From: a virus | DNA: 64,000 nt | Strand: one strand, 5' to 3' | Virus record (IMG/VR): IMGVR_UViG_3300026488_000021 | Location: 18,023 to 82,022 of that record | Shown here: in pieces, positions 13,128-25,083 of the stretch | Layout: the number at the start of each line of letters is the position of its first letter | Numbering within the stretch: the first letter of the stretch is position 1 | Notes under the pieces: model-generated | What the model was told of the DNA's origin: nothing | The model's database searches: none | Seen by the model: only the letters and a program-made list of their open reading frames with translations | Translations under genes and position numbers: made by a program

Positions 13128-13294
13128 ATCGCCTGGACTCATACTGAGCACACAGGACTTTTGCATAGATTGCTGGGGCCTCACGCCAGCGTAGTGTAGC
13201 AGAGCCTGTTACTTTATTGCCTTGGCTAGTAGGCGAACAGGATACTACACTTTCGGGGAGACCTCCTCGCTAGCCACAGCTCCCCAAGACCTGT
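13103..13294 (-). ncRNA. Putative structured ncRNA (multi-stem junction with loop-loop pairing)
   Basis: GC-rich island. Stems GGGGAG/CTCCCC, GTGTAG/CTACAC, CCTGTT/AACAGG, GCTGG/CCAGC; closing ACAGG/CCTGT; loops TGGCTAG and CTAGCCA are complementary. Confidence 0.6.
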
Positions 13295-13304
13295 ATTTAT
13301 ATAA

Positions 13305-13556
13305 TTATTCTTTTTTCTTTTTCAAGTCTTTTTGTTTTTTCTCGTATTCCCTTTTTATTTTTTCCTCCAATTCCATTGTAAGCGATTCCTCTAATTCCGC
13401 TACAAATTGTCAGTACGATTTAGCTTCTTGAATCAATGAAGATACAACGTTGTATGCATCCAAACCATAACCTTTTAAAGCCATGTTCATAAGTTCTTGG
13501 ATCAATCTAAATCCTTGTTCGTTTACAATGATGATTGGTTGTTCTTGTGTATTCAT
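13305..13556 (-). CDS. Hypothetical coiled-coil protein
   Basis: MNTQEQPIIIVNEQGF... 83 aa. Confidence 0.65.
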
Positions 13557-13730
13557 GTTATATTATTAATTTATAAAAGCAATATAATAACCAGCTATAA
13601 GCTGGCGAAAAGAGATTAGAAGAAGAGAATGTGATTGTTGACACAGGTTTACTTTTGTATTCTTTCTTTAAATAGAAGGGTTCCTTGGATTAGCTAGTTA
13701 GATTAGAATGATAGAAACTTGATAGAAATA

Positions 13731-13804
13731 CGGAGCTGACGGGATTCGAACCCGCGACCTCCTGCGTGACAGGCAGGCGTTCTAGCCAGCTGAACTACAG
13801 CTCC
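13731..13804 (-). tRNA. tRNA-Asp(GTC), CCA not encoded
   Basis: GGAGCTG..TAGTTCAGCTGG..CCTGC-CTGTCAC-GCAGG..GTTCGAATCC..CAGCTCC-G cloverleaf. Confidence 0.95.
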
Positions 13805-13834
13805 ATAATGTAGGGATATACCCTACAAAATAAT

Positions 13835-14089
13835 TTACCTAATCATTTTATTAAAGAATCAAATCAAATCATCAAATGAATTTATCTCAATAACTTCAAC
13901 ATCTGGATTAGGTTTATCTTCACCATCTGTGTACGGATCTTCTTTATTAGTACAGTGTTCAATTAACTTACTTCTTAACTCCCTAAAGAACATATCCCAG
14001 AATGTATTCCCGTCTTTGAATTTATCATGGTATACTTTAGACCAGATTCTCATTTCTTTAATTACTTGATTGATTTGTTTGTTTGTCAT
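13835..14089 (-). CDS. Hypothetical protein
   Basis: Track ORF extended through TGA to TAA. Confidence 0.6.
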
Positions 14090-14098
14090 TATTATTAT

Positions 14099-14533
14099 TT
14101 AACGAATAAAATAATAAGTATTGCCTATCTTTATAACTTCACTATCCTCAGTTCAGTATCAATAATTAAGTGGTCAAGTAAATTGTCAAGTATTTGATTT
14201 AATTCAATTAAAATATAAATATTCTCAAGATTCTCATAGATTGTCAATATAGAAAGTAGATCATTCTTGAACATCTTGTAATTTTCTAATACTATTAATT
14301 CATATACTACAATATATTTCAACAGAAGTATTATTAATTAAATAAGTATAATCATCTTTTAGAATTAATGTTTTAGCTATAACTTCATGTATATTCAACT
14401 CATATCTTATTATTATATCTATTAACTTCATTTTATATACTTTATTATCTACTTTACATATATATAAATTATCTAGTCATTTATATATACCTTTATATTT
14501 TTCATAAGCTTCTATAAGTTCTTTATAATCCAT
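14099..14533 (-). CDS. Hypothetical protein
   Basis: MDYKELIEAYEKY... 144 aa with TGA=Gly. Confidence 0.55.
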
Positions 14534-14957
14534 TGTTGTTTTTAGGATATAAATATTCATTCTCTATTCAGTTTATTTTTTTTATTCAAAGCTTTTTAAA
14601 CTCCTCTCTATATTTATCAGAGTTAAACAAAGCATCTAACGAAATTAAATCTCAGTTATCTAGTTCAACAAAGAATGAAGCTCTATCTTCATCATATATA
14701 ACTGTTCAATAATATGTACCATGTTTTCAATCTAGTAATTCTACTCAGAATGCTATTATATCTCATTCATATATATCCTTATTATTTTTATCTTGAAATC
14801 AAGTAAACAATAATATTTCATAGTCTTGTCTTAATTCATTATCTTTATTAGATACTATTATTGACCATAGCAATCAAGGATTTACATTCACAAGATCTTT
14901 TCACTTGTATACTTTTTTTGTAGCTTTCTCAAATAGAGCTAGTTTAAAGTTTTCCAT
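14523..14957 (-). CDS. YopX family protein
   Basis: FTGFQDKNNKDIYEGDII signature. Confidence 0.8.
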
Positions 14958-15221
14958 TTATTTGTTATTTATCTTATAAATTTCGTATATTAAATTATAC
15001 AATCCTTCTACATCGTTTTCGTTATTACATACAAATTGTCAACCTGTATCTAAATTTTTTCACATAATATTATATTTATATATATGTCATCATAACATAT
15101 TTTCTCATTCATTTATTACATATATATCCATATTGTATCAGTTATCACATTTCAATGACAACATTTCTTTTGTCTTAATTATTCCTTTTAGTTGATTTTT
15201 AAATGATTCTTTATTTAGCAT
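14958..15221 (-). CDS. Hypothetical protein
   Basis: 87-aa ORF, abutting its neighbour. Confidence 0.5.
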
Positions 15222-15256
15222 TTTATATTATACATAATTAAATAGTTAAGTAACTA

Positions 15257-15586
15257 TTATTTAAGTTTAGGTAAGTTAAAGAGGCATTCTAATACTACAT
15301 ATATCTCTCAGGCAGATAAAAATATGAGACTTACTACTTCAAATATTCGTTGGAATCAGTATATAATTATCATAAATGGTGTTATAAATACATGAATAAT
15401 TATTCATATTATGCTTAGTATTGTATATCTAATTAGTAACCATATATATTGTAGATATCTATTTTTTCAAGATAAATACATTGTATATGAATAACTCCCC
15501 CAAGACCACTCACTTGGTTTTAAGAAATCAGTCAATCAATATACAGTCCATCAATAATATGTAATTTTACACGATCTTTTAGACAT
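15257..15586 (-). CDS. Hypothetical membrane protein
   Basis: Hydrophobic stretch IWLLIRYTILSIIGIIIHVFITPFMIIYG. Confidence 0.5.
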
Positions 15587-15603
15587 TTTAATTTATTTAT
15601 TTT

Positions 15604-16167
15604 CTAAAATCAAATTCATCTCCAACTTCTCTTCCACATATCTATGAAATAAATAGCCTGTTGTAATCTATCTGCAATACTTCAATGTAAAGTCCTGATT
15701 GTTAGTTTATTGTTTTGAGAATAAGCGTTATGTAACTCTTCTAAAACCCTCTTGTTTACTCCTCTCCTAAGTTCTTCGTTTGTATGTCTTACTCAATCAT
15801 TTTCTATCTCAAACTCAATTGGTAGATAGAAAATAATGTCATATAAATATGGTGAATATTTTCTAACTATCTTTTTAATATTCTCATCATCACAATATGC
15901 TGGTATAAGATTAATTGGAGTATCTGTTATTAAGTCGTCATACTTTCACGCAACGGCTAATGTTGTATGGACTAACCATCTTTGATAATCTAGTTTTTGT
16001 TCTTCTGTATGTTTATTGAAATCAAATGACAGAAGTTCTGCTAATTCTCTTTCAGTGTTGATATCTAAGTGTATTTTATCTCAGTATACTCTTTCATATT
16101 TTTCTTTAAGTTGATAAGCTAACGTAGTCTTTCAAGTTGAGAAAGCTCAAACAATTCCTATCTTCAT
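15604..16167 (-). CDS. P-loop nucleotide kinase (AAA_28/NadR-Ttd14-like)
   Basis: MKIGIVGAFSTGKTTLA Walker A (both Gly = TGA), ITDT, YDIIFYLP, ENDGVRH. Confidence 0.8.
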
Positions 16168-16172
16168 TTGTC

Positions 16173-16616
16173 TTAGTTAGAATTTAAATATCAACCAGTT
16201 GAACCAAACCCTCATTGTCTTTCCGTTACATTTTCTTTTTCCCAATTATCATACAAATTCTTATCAACTAATTTAATTAGTTCACAATCATCTCATATAA
16301 CTTCCATCTGTGCAATCCTTTCTCATCTCTTAATTTCCACTGGGGTATCTGTAAAGTTATATAACATAGCCTTAGCTTCGTTTCTATAATCTGCATCTAT
16401 AATACCAACACTATTTGCAAGCATCAATCCTTTCTTTAAAGGTAGACTACTTCTGACATACAGTTTCCAAGCGAAATCTGTTTTAATACCAAGTCATACC
16501 AATTTAACTTCACCTGGATTAATTACTACGTTCTCAGCAGATTTTAAATCTAAACATAAACTATTAGATGTTCCTTTCATAGGTAATAAGTTTTCATCAT
16601 AACTAATTACTTTCAT
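16173..16616 (-). CDS. dut: dUTPase (trimeric)
   Basis: LDL, RSSL, NSVGIIDADYR, GERIAQ, ERQGGFGSTG. Confidence 0.92.
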
Positions 16617-17058
16617 AATCTTTTCTTTTAAAAACTAAATCTTCCCGAATAGGGGAAACAAACTTAACCTCAACAGCGGACGGTAGATAATTCCACCAAT
16701 TCTTTGGTTTTTTTCAAAATGTATCAGTAAATTTAGTATATCATGGCATTTTTAAGATAATGTTCCCGTTTCCGTCATACACATATCAAGTATACATATA
16801 TCTATCTCAATGAGTTCATTTTCATCTTTGTGCTAATTCTTGTATTAGTTTTTTTGTAATTTTGAGTTCCTTTACTCATTTTTTCCTCATTAACATACAT
16901 ACATAAGAAGCTAGTCATCACCTTGTTAAATTAGTACCAGCTACCAATTCATTTATTGTTTTGTCTCATATTATATATCTATTCCCTGTTGGTCATTTAA
17001 CCATCTTAATTGTTTTTCATACATTTTGTGCTAATATATCAATTGCTCTTACAAACAT
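16603..17058 (-). CDS. Hypothetical protein
   Basis: 151-aa ORF with TGA=Gly. Confidence 0.55.
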
Positions 17059-17068
17059 TGCTCTGGGT

Positions 17069-17506
17069 TTAATTTAAATATGTAAATACTTTATCAATAT
17101 TTGGTTCTCTATTATTCGCTTTTGCTGACAATATTTCCAAGAATGCTAATCTCAACAAATCTTCTGGAAGCATTGTCATACCTAATATTCCTTTCATAAC
17201 TCACAATATTTTATCTTTATCTTGATTTCAAAAGTACATATATCAAATAGTAGCTATCATATATTCTATTATTCATTCTAACACTTTTCCAATATCTTTA
17301 TTATACCAGCATTGTATAATCATATTTCTATATTTATCCATATCTTGTTCATATTTTTTTAACAATTGTTTTGTATTTCAATCTTTATTTTTTTCTAAAA
17401 ACTCAGTTGTTTTATCAAGTAAATCATCCCAATACAAAGTATCAATCACTTCTTTCTTTTTATCAGCATAAATATTACCCAATGCTTTTTCTAATTCTTT
17501 ATTCAT
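17069..17506 (-). CDS. Hypothetical protein
   Basis: MNKELEKALGNIY... 145 aa. Confidence 0.5.
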
Positions 17507-17790
17507 TATTTATTTTTAAGGTATAAATATATTTGTCTCTTTGCAAAATAAGTCATCAATAATTTTAATTCATCTAGTTTTTTAATTTTACGTTTTCAGA
17601 TTTTACTATACTCCTCATCTAAATTAGTTACTGCTCTATTATATTCTTTTTCAGAATACTTTCTTAATCTTTTTTCTAAATCCCAAAAAATATCACAATA
17701 TTTTTTAATAGCTTTACCAAGTAAATGATTAGATATATTTACATTATCTTTAAGAAATCTTTTAAAAGCATTTGCATCTGCTACTAACAT
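17506..17790 (-). CDS. Hypothetical protein
   Basis: Track ORF extended through TGA. Confidence 0.55.
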
Positions 17791-18470
17791 AATCAATTAT
17801 CTTTAAATCGTAAAGATGTTTCTTTTACATCCGTTCATAAGTATATAGAAACAAAATGGAATGGATTTCAATGCGCCCTTCATTTAGAAGAAAAGTCAGT
17901 AACTATATTTTGCGTAGTATTAGCTCTCCATCAGTCTGTCCATCTTCAATGCTCATATAAGGCATAAGTATCATATCAAACCTTTTTATATTCTATTCAC
18001 AATTTATCTAATACAGATAAGATTGGTATTCTTTTTAAATCTTCAATATCAGGTAAATCTATTTTTTCTCACTTAATAATCACTGGTTTATATTCTTTTT
18101 TTCTAGGGAAGCATTCCTCATAAATATCAGATAACTCAACATAAGGTTCAATCCTTTCAAAATCTACTACATATTTAGATGTATTTGCTATAAATAATAT
18201 GTTTTCTACTTCTTGTAAATCAAGATTATGTTTTTTTCTTATATTCTGTATATTTTCTTCTATCCACTTTTTGATTTCTTCAACTATTTCTTCCTGTGTT
18301 TTTTCTATTAACAAACAGGATAATCAATCTTGTTCGTATATTATATAATCTATTTGCTGTCATCGGTTAGATATTTTGTCATTATGTCTCTCTACTATTC
18401 TTTGTAATACCTTCTTAGGTGCTCTTATTAATTTATATTTCACACAATCTGGTAGCTCTGAAAAATACAT
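17784..18470 (-). CDS. Hypothetical protein with primase zinc-binding-domain-like C-terminus (no Cys)
   Basis: DLKRIPILSVLDKLGIEY...VTDFS.KG..GNPFHFV; resembles CHC2-type primase accessory domains. Confidence 0.45.
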
Positions 18471-18486
18471 TGCTCTATATTAGTAT

Positions 18487-18936
18487 TTAAAATTCAACCT
18501 CTTCAAGTTCTATATCTTCATCTTGGATTTCATCTTTATAAGAGAATTTAAATTTGAAATATATTTCATCATTTTTATTTCTCTTTTTCTCAATATTACA
18601 CCAATATTCATCATTATATTTAAAAGCACAAGACACACCATCTTCCCTAATAAATTTCCAAATTACATATTCTTGTCATCATACTTTTATTTTTCATAAA
18701 GCTTTTTTATTCTCTTGAAATATCAACTCAGCATCTTTATGTCAGTCTGGTGTAGCCAATTTAAATTTATAAATAATCTCTTCTCAATAATCTCATTTTC
18801 TTCTATCAGTTAGATCATCTTTATCTACTGTGGTAATCTTTACTACTTTTTTATAACCATCTAATGGTTGTCAGTTAAAATCTTTATCAAATTCTTTTTC
18901 CCAAATTTTGTTAAATGTTGTTTTAGTTTCTGTCAT
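18487..18936 (-). CDS. Possible ssDNA-binding protein
   Basis: Beta-rich, acidic tail ending in Phe (DEDIELEEVEF), within the replication cluster. Confidence 0.4.
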
Positions 18937-19315
18937 AATATTGTTTTATTAAATAAAATATAAATCATTTTATAAATTTTGTAGCTCTATAATCAACCCA
19001 TCATCTTGTACTTACAACATCCTCTAATTTTATATGCATATCATCCTTCTTAACTTTATTTTTAAGGTAGTTCCCAAATTTAACAAGATTAGTATCTGTA
19101 AAATATGGATTCGGAATATATCTATTAGTAAGATGTCTTTTATGTATCTTAATATATAGTTTTCAATTTTCTTTATAAAATCTAACAGCCAATCAAATTT
19201 CTTCGCTTTTTTTTTGAAGCCACTTATTTCTATATTGCAAAGATTTTCAGGTAAGGTTTCCTAATGATTTTATAAACTCTTTTGGCTCTAATGTAATTAA
19301 CTCTCTTAAATTCAT
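18923..19315 (-). CDS. Hypothetical protein
   Basis: 130-aa basic ORF. Confidence 0.5.
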
Positions 19316-19325
19316 CTTGTATTAA

Positions 19326-21560
19326 TTAATTTATAAACTCGTACATGAATGCTTGCCAAAGTCTATTTTTGTAATTTGCTAAGTATCTAAATAAATATTG
19401 AACAATCCATTCAGTTCTTTTATCTCTTTCTTTTAATAATCTGCTTATGTTTATAACAATATTTTGGTTTTCACTTGTATCATCTTTAACTAATTGTTTA
19501 ATAGCTTGAATAGCATGATGCTTACTTCCAAGTTCTTCTGGAATATATAAATCGATAGTCACCTCTTCACCAACATCTCATCTTATATTGATTGACTGTT
19601 CCTTTTTATTATACAAGATAGTTTTTACAAAAAACTCTTTTAATTCATCTTTACCCTCAATAATAGCTCTATGTATTTTTGATGTTTTCTCTATGATAGT
19701 TTCAAGTTCTTCCTTAGAGAATACTTTGTAAATATCATTAACAATCCTTAACCAAGCATAGTTATTATCTATTCTAGCTTCTCAATTATCAATCCAATCT
19801 TTATATTTAGATAAGTCAACATCTTTCACTTTATCCCACATATCTGCAAGAACAGATTTTCAATTAAGACTTTTTCTGATTTTCTTATAAGTCTCTTTAT
19901 CTGTATGTAATGATTTATCTAATTGAACATAGATAGATCTATTCATAACAGACATATACTTTGGTGCTTTCTCTCAACCAATAACAACAGGAGATAACAT
20001 ATTGTATGTAACAACACTTTGATCTGCTCTACCTTTCTTTGCATCTTTTTCATTATAAACTCATCTTAACATTTCTTCTATTTCAGATGAGATATTTCAA
20101 GTAAACTCATCAAAGAATATTGGCGCATAATCTCATAACTCATTTTGAACTGCAAATGTTCTTGTTCCTTCTAATGTCATTGCTCTTGGTTGAATTGTTA
20201 CATTTCCATCTTTTATTGGCGTAGGTGACAATCCCACAAGTTTCATCATCATTTGTATAGTTTCAGTTTTACCTGATTCAGTAAATCAGATAACCTGTAA
20301 GATTGGTGTTGGTATTCATTGCTGGAATAAATCCTTTTTAAGGAAAGCTCATAAGAACCATAGGAATATAATATAGTGATAAGGTTCTCTTAAATATCAC
20401 TTCATAATTTTCTTTGCTTCTTGTATAGTTATTTGTTCTCAAATAGTAGTAGCATATTTAGGAGCAAATACTTTAAATTCTTCATCTGTATCTTTATACA
20501 ACATCTGTCATCAATGGACAAATATTTTTTTTTCTAGATCAATTCAATTATGTTCTACAATTTTAAACTCAGGTATATTATCTTCATCTATCCATTGGTC
20601 TAGTGCTGAATAAAACATTTGAAATGTTTTTCAAGTCGTCATCATTCTTATTCATTGTCATCATAATCTTTTATTGAAATGGTCTGTATTCTGATAATAT
20701 GGGAAGATAATATCTCATTCGAAGTAGTAGTATCTTTTCTTAATATCAGTAATCACATTATTTAAGACATCGTAATTAGACTCATACCATCCTACCAGTT
20801 TCAACGGTTTATCAATAATTACACTTTCAACTTCTGCATCTCAATTTGTTTTAATTGAATATACTCCGTCTTTTCTAAATTCTATTTTATGTGTATCACT
20901 GATATTATACATATAATAGATATCTGTCTCTTCTATACCATCTATTCAGAATTGCTGTAATAACTTATTCAGTTTTGTAATACTTCATTTAGCAAGTCTA
21001 TACAAACAATCAAACACATTTCAAGATATATTGTCATCTTTATTTCTTATATCTAAGACAATTCCTAGTTCATTAGATACAAATACTTCTTGATTTTCTA
21101 TCTCATCAACAAACAATTTCGCACCTACATCCTCTGGTAAAATAAGAGAATTAACTTTCTCTTTAAGTTCTGCTAAATCTCAATTTAATTCTAAATCTTT
21201 ACTTATAAGTTGTAAAGCTTTCGATAATATTGACAAGTCTTTTATAGAAGGTTCTGTATTCTTTATTGTTAAGTCATACACTTCTTTCTTCCATTCTCAT
21301 ATTTTAATCTTCCCTCAATTATCAACCTGCCATCATATTAACTTCCACCGATTTGGTTTGATGTTTTTAGTTAACTTCTGTATCACAGTATCCTTATTAG
21401 AAATTATTGCCTTCTTATTTCAGAATTCTCAAACTACATTAAAGATAGGTAGATCTATTGCTTCCTTAGAAATCTTTCTAAGCAAAATTCCATTATCAAT
21501 GAAAGCATATTTTGCTTTATCTTTAATAGTAGTTTTTCAATCTTTATCTAAGTATTTCAT
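19326..21560 (-). CDS. Replicative primase-associated helicase (DUF927/SF3-like)
   Basis: 744 aa. PILQVIGFTESGKTET Walker A, PIFFDEF Walker B, LRGVYNEKDAKKGRAD. Confidence 0.75.
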
Positions 21561-21570
21561 AACTTAGCTG

Positions 21571-21891
21571 TTATTCAATAAATCATTCTCTATTTACATC
21601 TGTTATAATTCAAACATATTCAGCATCTGTATTTATTTTTTCTCAATTTTTAAGTCAATATACTCTTCATTGTTTGTCTCTTACTAAAATTACGGATTTT
21701 AAGTCACATACAGCAATACCATTCCTAAATGTATGTACTCAATAATTTGTCATTCTGTTCATGTCAAATCCTTTTGCAGCTTCTGTATATTCTTCTATAC
21801 TTGCTTTTATTATTTGTGGTTCATTATTTTTTTTATTTTCAAGCTTTTTAATCTTTTCATTCAGACTCTTCAAAGAAAGTTTCTCTGCCAT
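21571..21891 (-). CDS. Hypothetical protein
   Basis: MAEKLSLKSL... 106 aa. Confidence 0.55.
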
Positions 21892-22129
21892 TGTTTTTTT
21901 TGTTACCATATAAATAAGCAACTATTGGACTAAATCATCTTTTACTAATATCTAAAAACAGATCTGTCATCTTATCGTAAAACTCTATACCTTCTTTCTT
22001 TCAATACTTTCTAATACTCTCTTCTAATAAGAATTGTGGTTTACCAGCAAATCTAATTAGGATATTGTTTTCAGAATTCTTAAAATAAATTCAATTGTCA
22101 TCAACATATGTTTTAAAATAGATTTTCAT
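21848..22129 (-). CDS. Hypothetical protein
   Basis: MKIYFKTYVDDNG... 93 aa. Confidence 0.5.
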
Positions 22130-22139
22130 CTTGCTCTTG

Positions 22140-23489
22140 TTATATATTAAATAGTTCTTTAATATCTTCCTTCTTTTTATATTGATTTTTAATTTCTTCT
22201 GCAAGTGATTTTAATTGTATAGATTTTTCTATATCAATCAAGTAATTCTTATATTTTTTTATTTCTATGTCTCACCACATTTCTTTATAAGCTTTCATTC
22301 TTTCTCTTACTTGCGAGTATAAATTCCCATCCTGGAAATCATAATATTCTGGATTCTCTGAACCTCTTAGTATTCTTCCAATAGCTTGTTTTACTTGTGC
22401 CTTAAATTTTACGAACATAAAGTAAAAAGCTGTATCTAATGGAGGATGATCAAATCAAGTTCCTACTGACTGATAAGTTGCAACCATTACTCATTTTTTT
22501 TCTGTCAATTCTTTTAATATTTCTTCTCTTTTCTTTTTACTAACTTTTCAAGTATAAGCAGCAGCAGAGATTCAAAGTTTATTTAATGCAACTGCTATTC
22601 ACTCAGCTATATCAGTTCTATCTACAAATATTATTCACATATTTCTGTCTCATCTTTTCATTACATCTTCAACTAAGAATAAGAAGTGAGCTAATCTTTC
22701 TGTATCCCAATACATTGTATCGACCAAGTCCTGCCAGTCAACAGCATTATAAGATTTACTAAACTTATAATAATAAACCTCAGGATTTTTAGGTCGTATT
22801 CAACTGTCGATATATACATTATTAAACATTTTAAATAATGCTTCTGAGGGAAAATTATTTAACTCTGGGGTTCAAGTAAATCAATATACTTTGTCATACT
22901 TATATTGACAGAAGAAATGTATTCTGTTTCTTGTGGTAAACTGCATATGTATCTCATCTATTAGTACTTGTTTGTAAATACTATCTAGTGATAACTTCTC
23001 CCAATACATATCAAAGGATCTTGAAACAATAATAAGAACCTTAGGAGGATTAGTTCTACTAAACTTATCCTTATTAAATATTTCTACTTCAATTCACAAT
23101 CATTTAAACTTCTCGTATAATCATTTTGCAATCTCTGTCTTCGGTGCAATAACTAAGGTATGTCAAGAATATACCTTAGCTATCGCAGCCATCATATAAC
23201 TTTTCCCTGACCCCACACCTGATAAAAGAAGTCAATAATTATATTTCAATAATTTCTCAACTGCTTCTTTTTGTTTAGGTCTAAGAAAATCTGGTAGTTG
23301 TATACTATCTTTAGTTTCTTTTTCTATCCCAAATGTCCTTGGTAAAATATATGTATTGCTTCATCTTTTTTTTTCAAAAAGTTTAAGCTGTTTAGGTCGC
23401 GCTTCATTAAATGGATTTTGCTCTTTAAATATTAGCTCTTTTGGTAACTCAAAACTTAAAACTTTATCTCAGATTCTGTAATATTTCAT
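22140..23489 (-). CDS. SF2 DEAD/DEAH-box helicase (ResIII/UvsW-like)
   Basis: LRPKQ, GVGSGKS, DEIH, FTGTP, GTGFDHPPLD, QAIGRILR. Confidence 0.9.
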
Positions 23490-24202
23490 TCCTCTACATT
23501 AAGTTTAAATAATGGACATTTCTCTTTTAATTCACAGAAATGACACATTCTATTTTGTTTAGGTTCATAATCATCAAAGTCTTGTGAGTTTTGATATTCT
23601 ATAACTACTTTTTTAATTTTCTTTAAACAGTCTTCTTTTGTAAATTCTCTTTCAAACTCCTTTAAACTTGCACTACTTTTCTTTTCGAGAACTACATATC
23701 TAAACTTAGCTTTATTAAATCAAAAGTATTCCATAGCCAAATATGAGTATACTGTTGATTGTAAACTTTCATTCCAAATATCATCTCATTCATACCAATT
23801 CTTATTATTAGATGTTTTCCAGTCTATGATTAAGAGTTCTTGACTTTGTCAAGAATCTCTTATAGCAACCAAATCTGCTGTTCAAGTAATCCATGTATTC
23901 TCTATTTTTTTTACAAATGGAATTTCTGTATAGACAAAGTTATAGACATTGTCTATTTGTTGTCTATATTGAATAACTTTATCTGCAAGCTTGTCTATTA
24001 TTTTTTTAGTTTTCAAGTCTGGATTTATTTCTTTCGAATACCAGTCTATCATCTCTTTCTTACTTTCTGGATGTCTACTTACAAAGTGAATTAAATCTCA
24101 TAAAGCACTCACTTCTATTGGTATATTTACTTCTCAATATTTAAACTTATATGGACAAGTATTATAGATAGACAAGCTTGTAGTTCTTATTTGATTAGTC
24201 AT
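23456..24202 (-). CDS. Cas4/RecB-like PD-(D/E)XK exonuclease with 4-Cys (Fe-S) motif
   Basis: CPYKF..G..IH..TE..GTADLV..IIDWKT..Q..Y..CHFC.....C. Confidence 0.85.
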
Positions 24203-24773
24203 TACAATTATTAAATTTATAAATCTCATTTCAATACACATCTCGTCCTTTAGGTTTACATCTTGCAAATACCTCTATCTTCTTTAAATTAGGATACATA
24301 ATATCTAAGTTCTCTCTAACCTTATCAGGCTTTCTACTATGTTCTCTTATAGGCTCTGCTATGATTTGATTTATCATAGGTTTAGCAGGTTTAAATCTTC
24401 ATCCATTCTTTCACTTAATTCATATTAATACTAGTTCCACATTACTAGCTGTATAATATCAGGGATTAATCCTATAACTTCAATCTTTATTTATTTTTAC
24501 CCATGTAAAAGCTACAGTTTTATAAACAAATCACCAATACTTCATAAGTTCAATAGCAAAATCAAGTCTAGGACATGTAGCCCACATAAACATTATACAG
24601 TCTTTATTTGCCAGACTACTTATAACATTCTTAAAGTTTAGTAGTTCTTCATCTCTCATAAGAGGATAGTGTTTCATAGCTCATCCTCAAAACTTTATTT
24701 TATTTTTTCTTTCTCATCAAGTTTTCCTAGAATTATACCACCAAGGTGGATCAATATAAATCAAGTCATACAT
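24195..24773 (-). CDS. MT-A70 family N6-adenine methyltransferase
   Basis: YDLIYIDPPW, HYPLM, FMWAT, WGF.YKT, EHSRKPD, IEVFAR, G(CGA)DVYGNE. Confidence 0.92.
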
Positions 24774-25081
24774 TATTTAATCTCTTTTACTTGTAAATAA
24801 GCTGTCTCTTTTTCTTCTAAATATTCTTCTGCTCATTCTTTAACTAATGCTTTTGTATCGATTACAATTTTAACAGCATCTGGATATTTTCTCTTTACTT
24901 CTAATTCATCTATATCTGGTTTTAATTTATAAGAAAGTCTTACTACTTTCTTTACAATAAAATTGTCGACCTTTTCTTCTTCAATTCCTTCTTGAAGAAG
25001 CTCAGCTTCAAGTTGTTTTATTTCTTCTTGAAGCTGTTTCAATTGTTGTTTTTTTTCTACTAATAATTTTAGTTTATTCAT
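24773..25081 (-). CDS. Coiled-coil protein (Gp157/Gam-like position)
   Basis: Coiled coil plus IDTKALVK, between the annealase and the methylase. Confidence 0.45.
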
Positions 25082-25083
25082 AT

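Noticed and set aside
13220-13290. HDV-like/theta ribozyme (ACCTCCTCGC on +, near a tRNA)
   Set aside because: P1- and P2-like pairings exist, but the P3 3' strand, the GG of P1.1, P4 and the catalytic J4/2 are missing; the terminator orientation favours a (-) strand RNA.
13731-13804. tRNA as prophage attachment site
   Set aside because: Phage genes on both sides, no duplicated 3' fragment and no integrase in the window.
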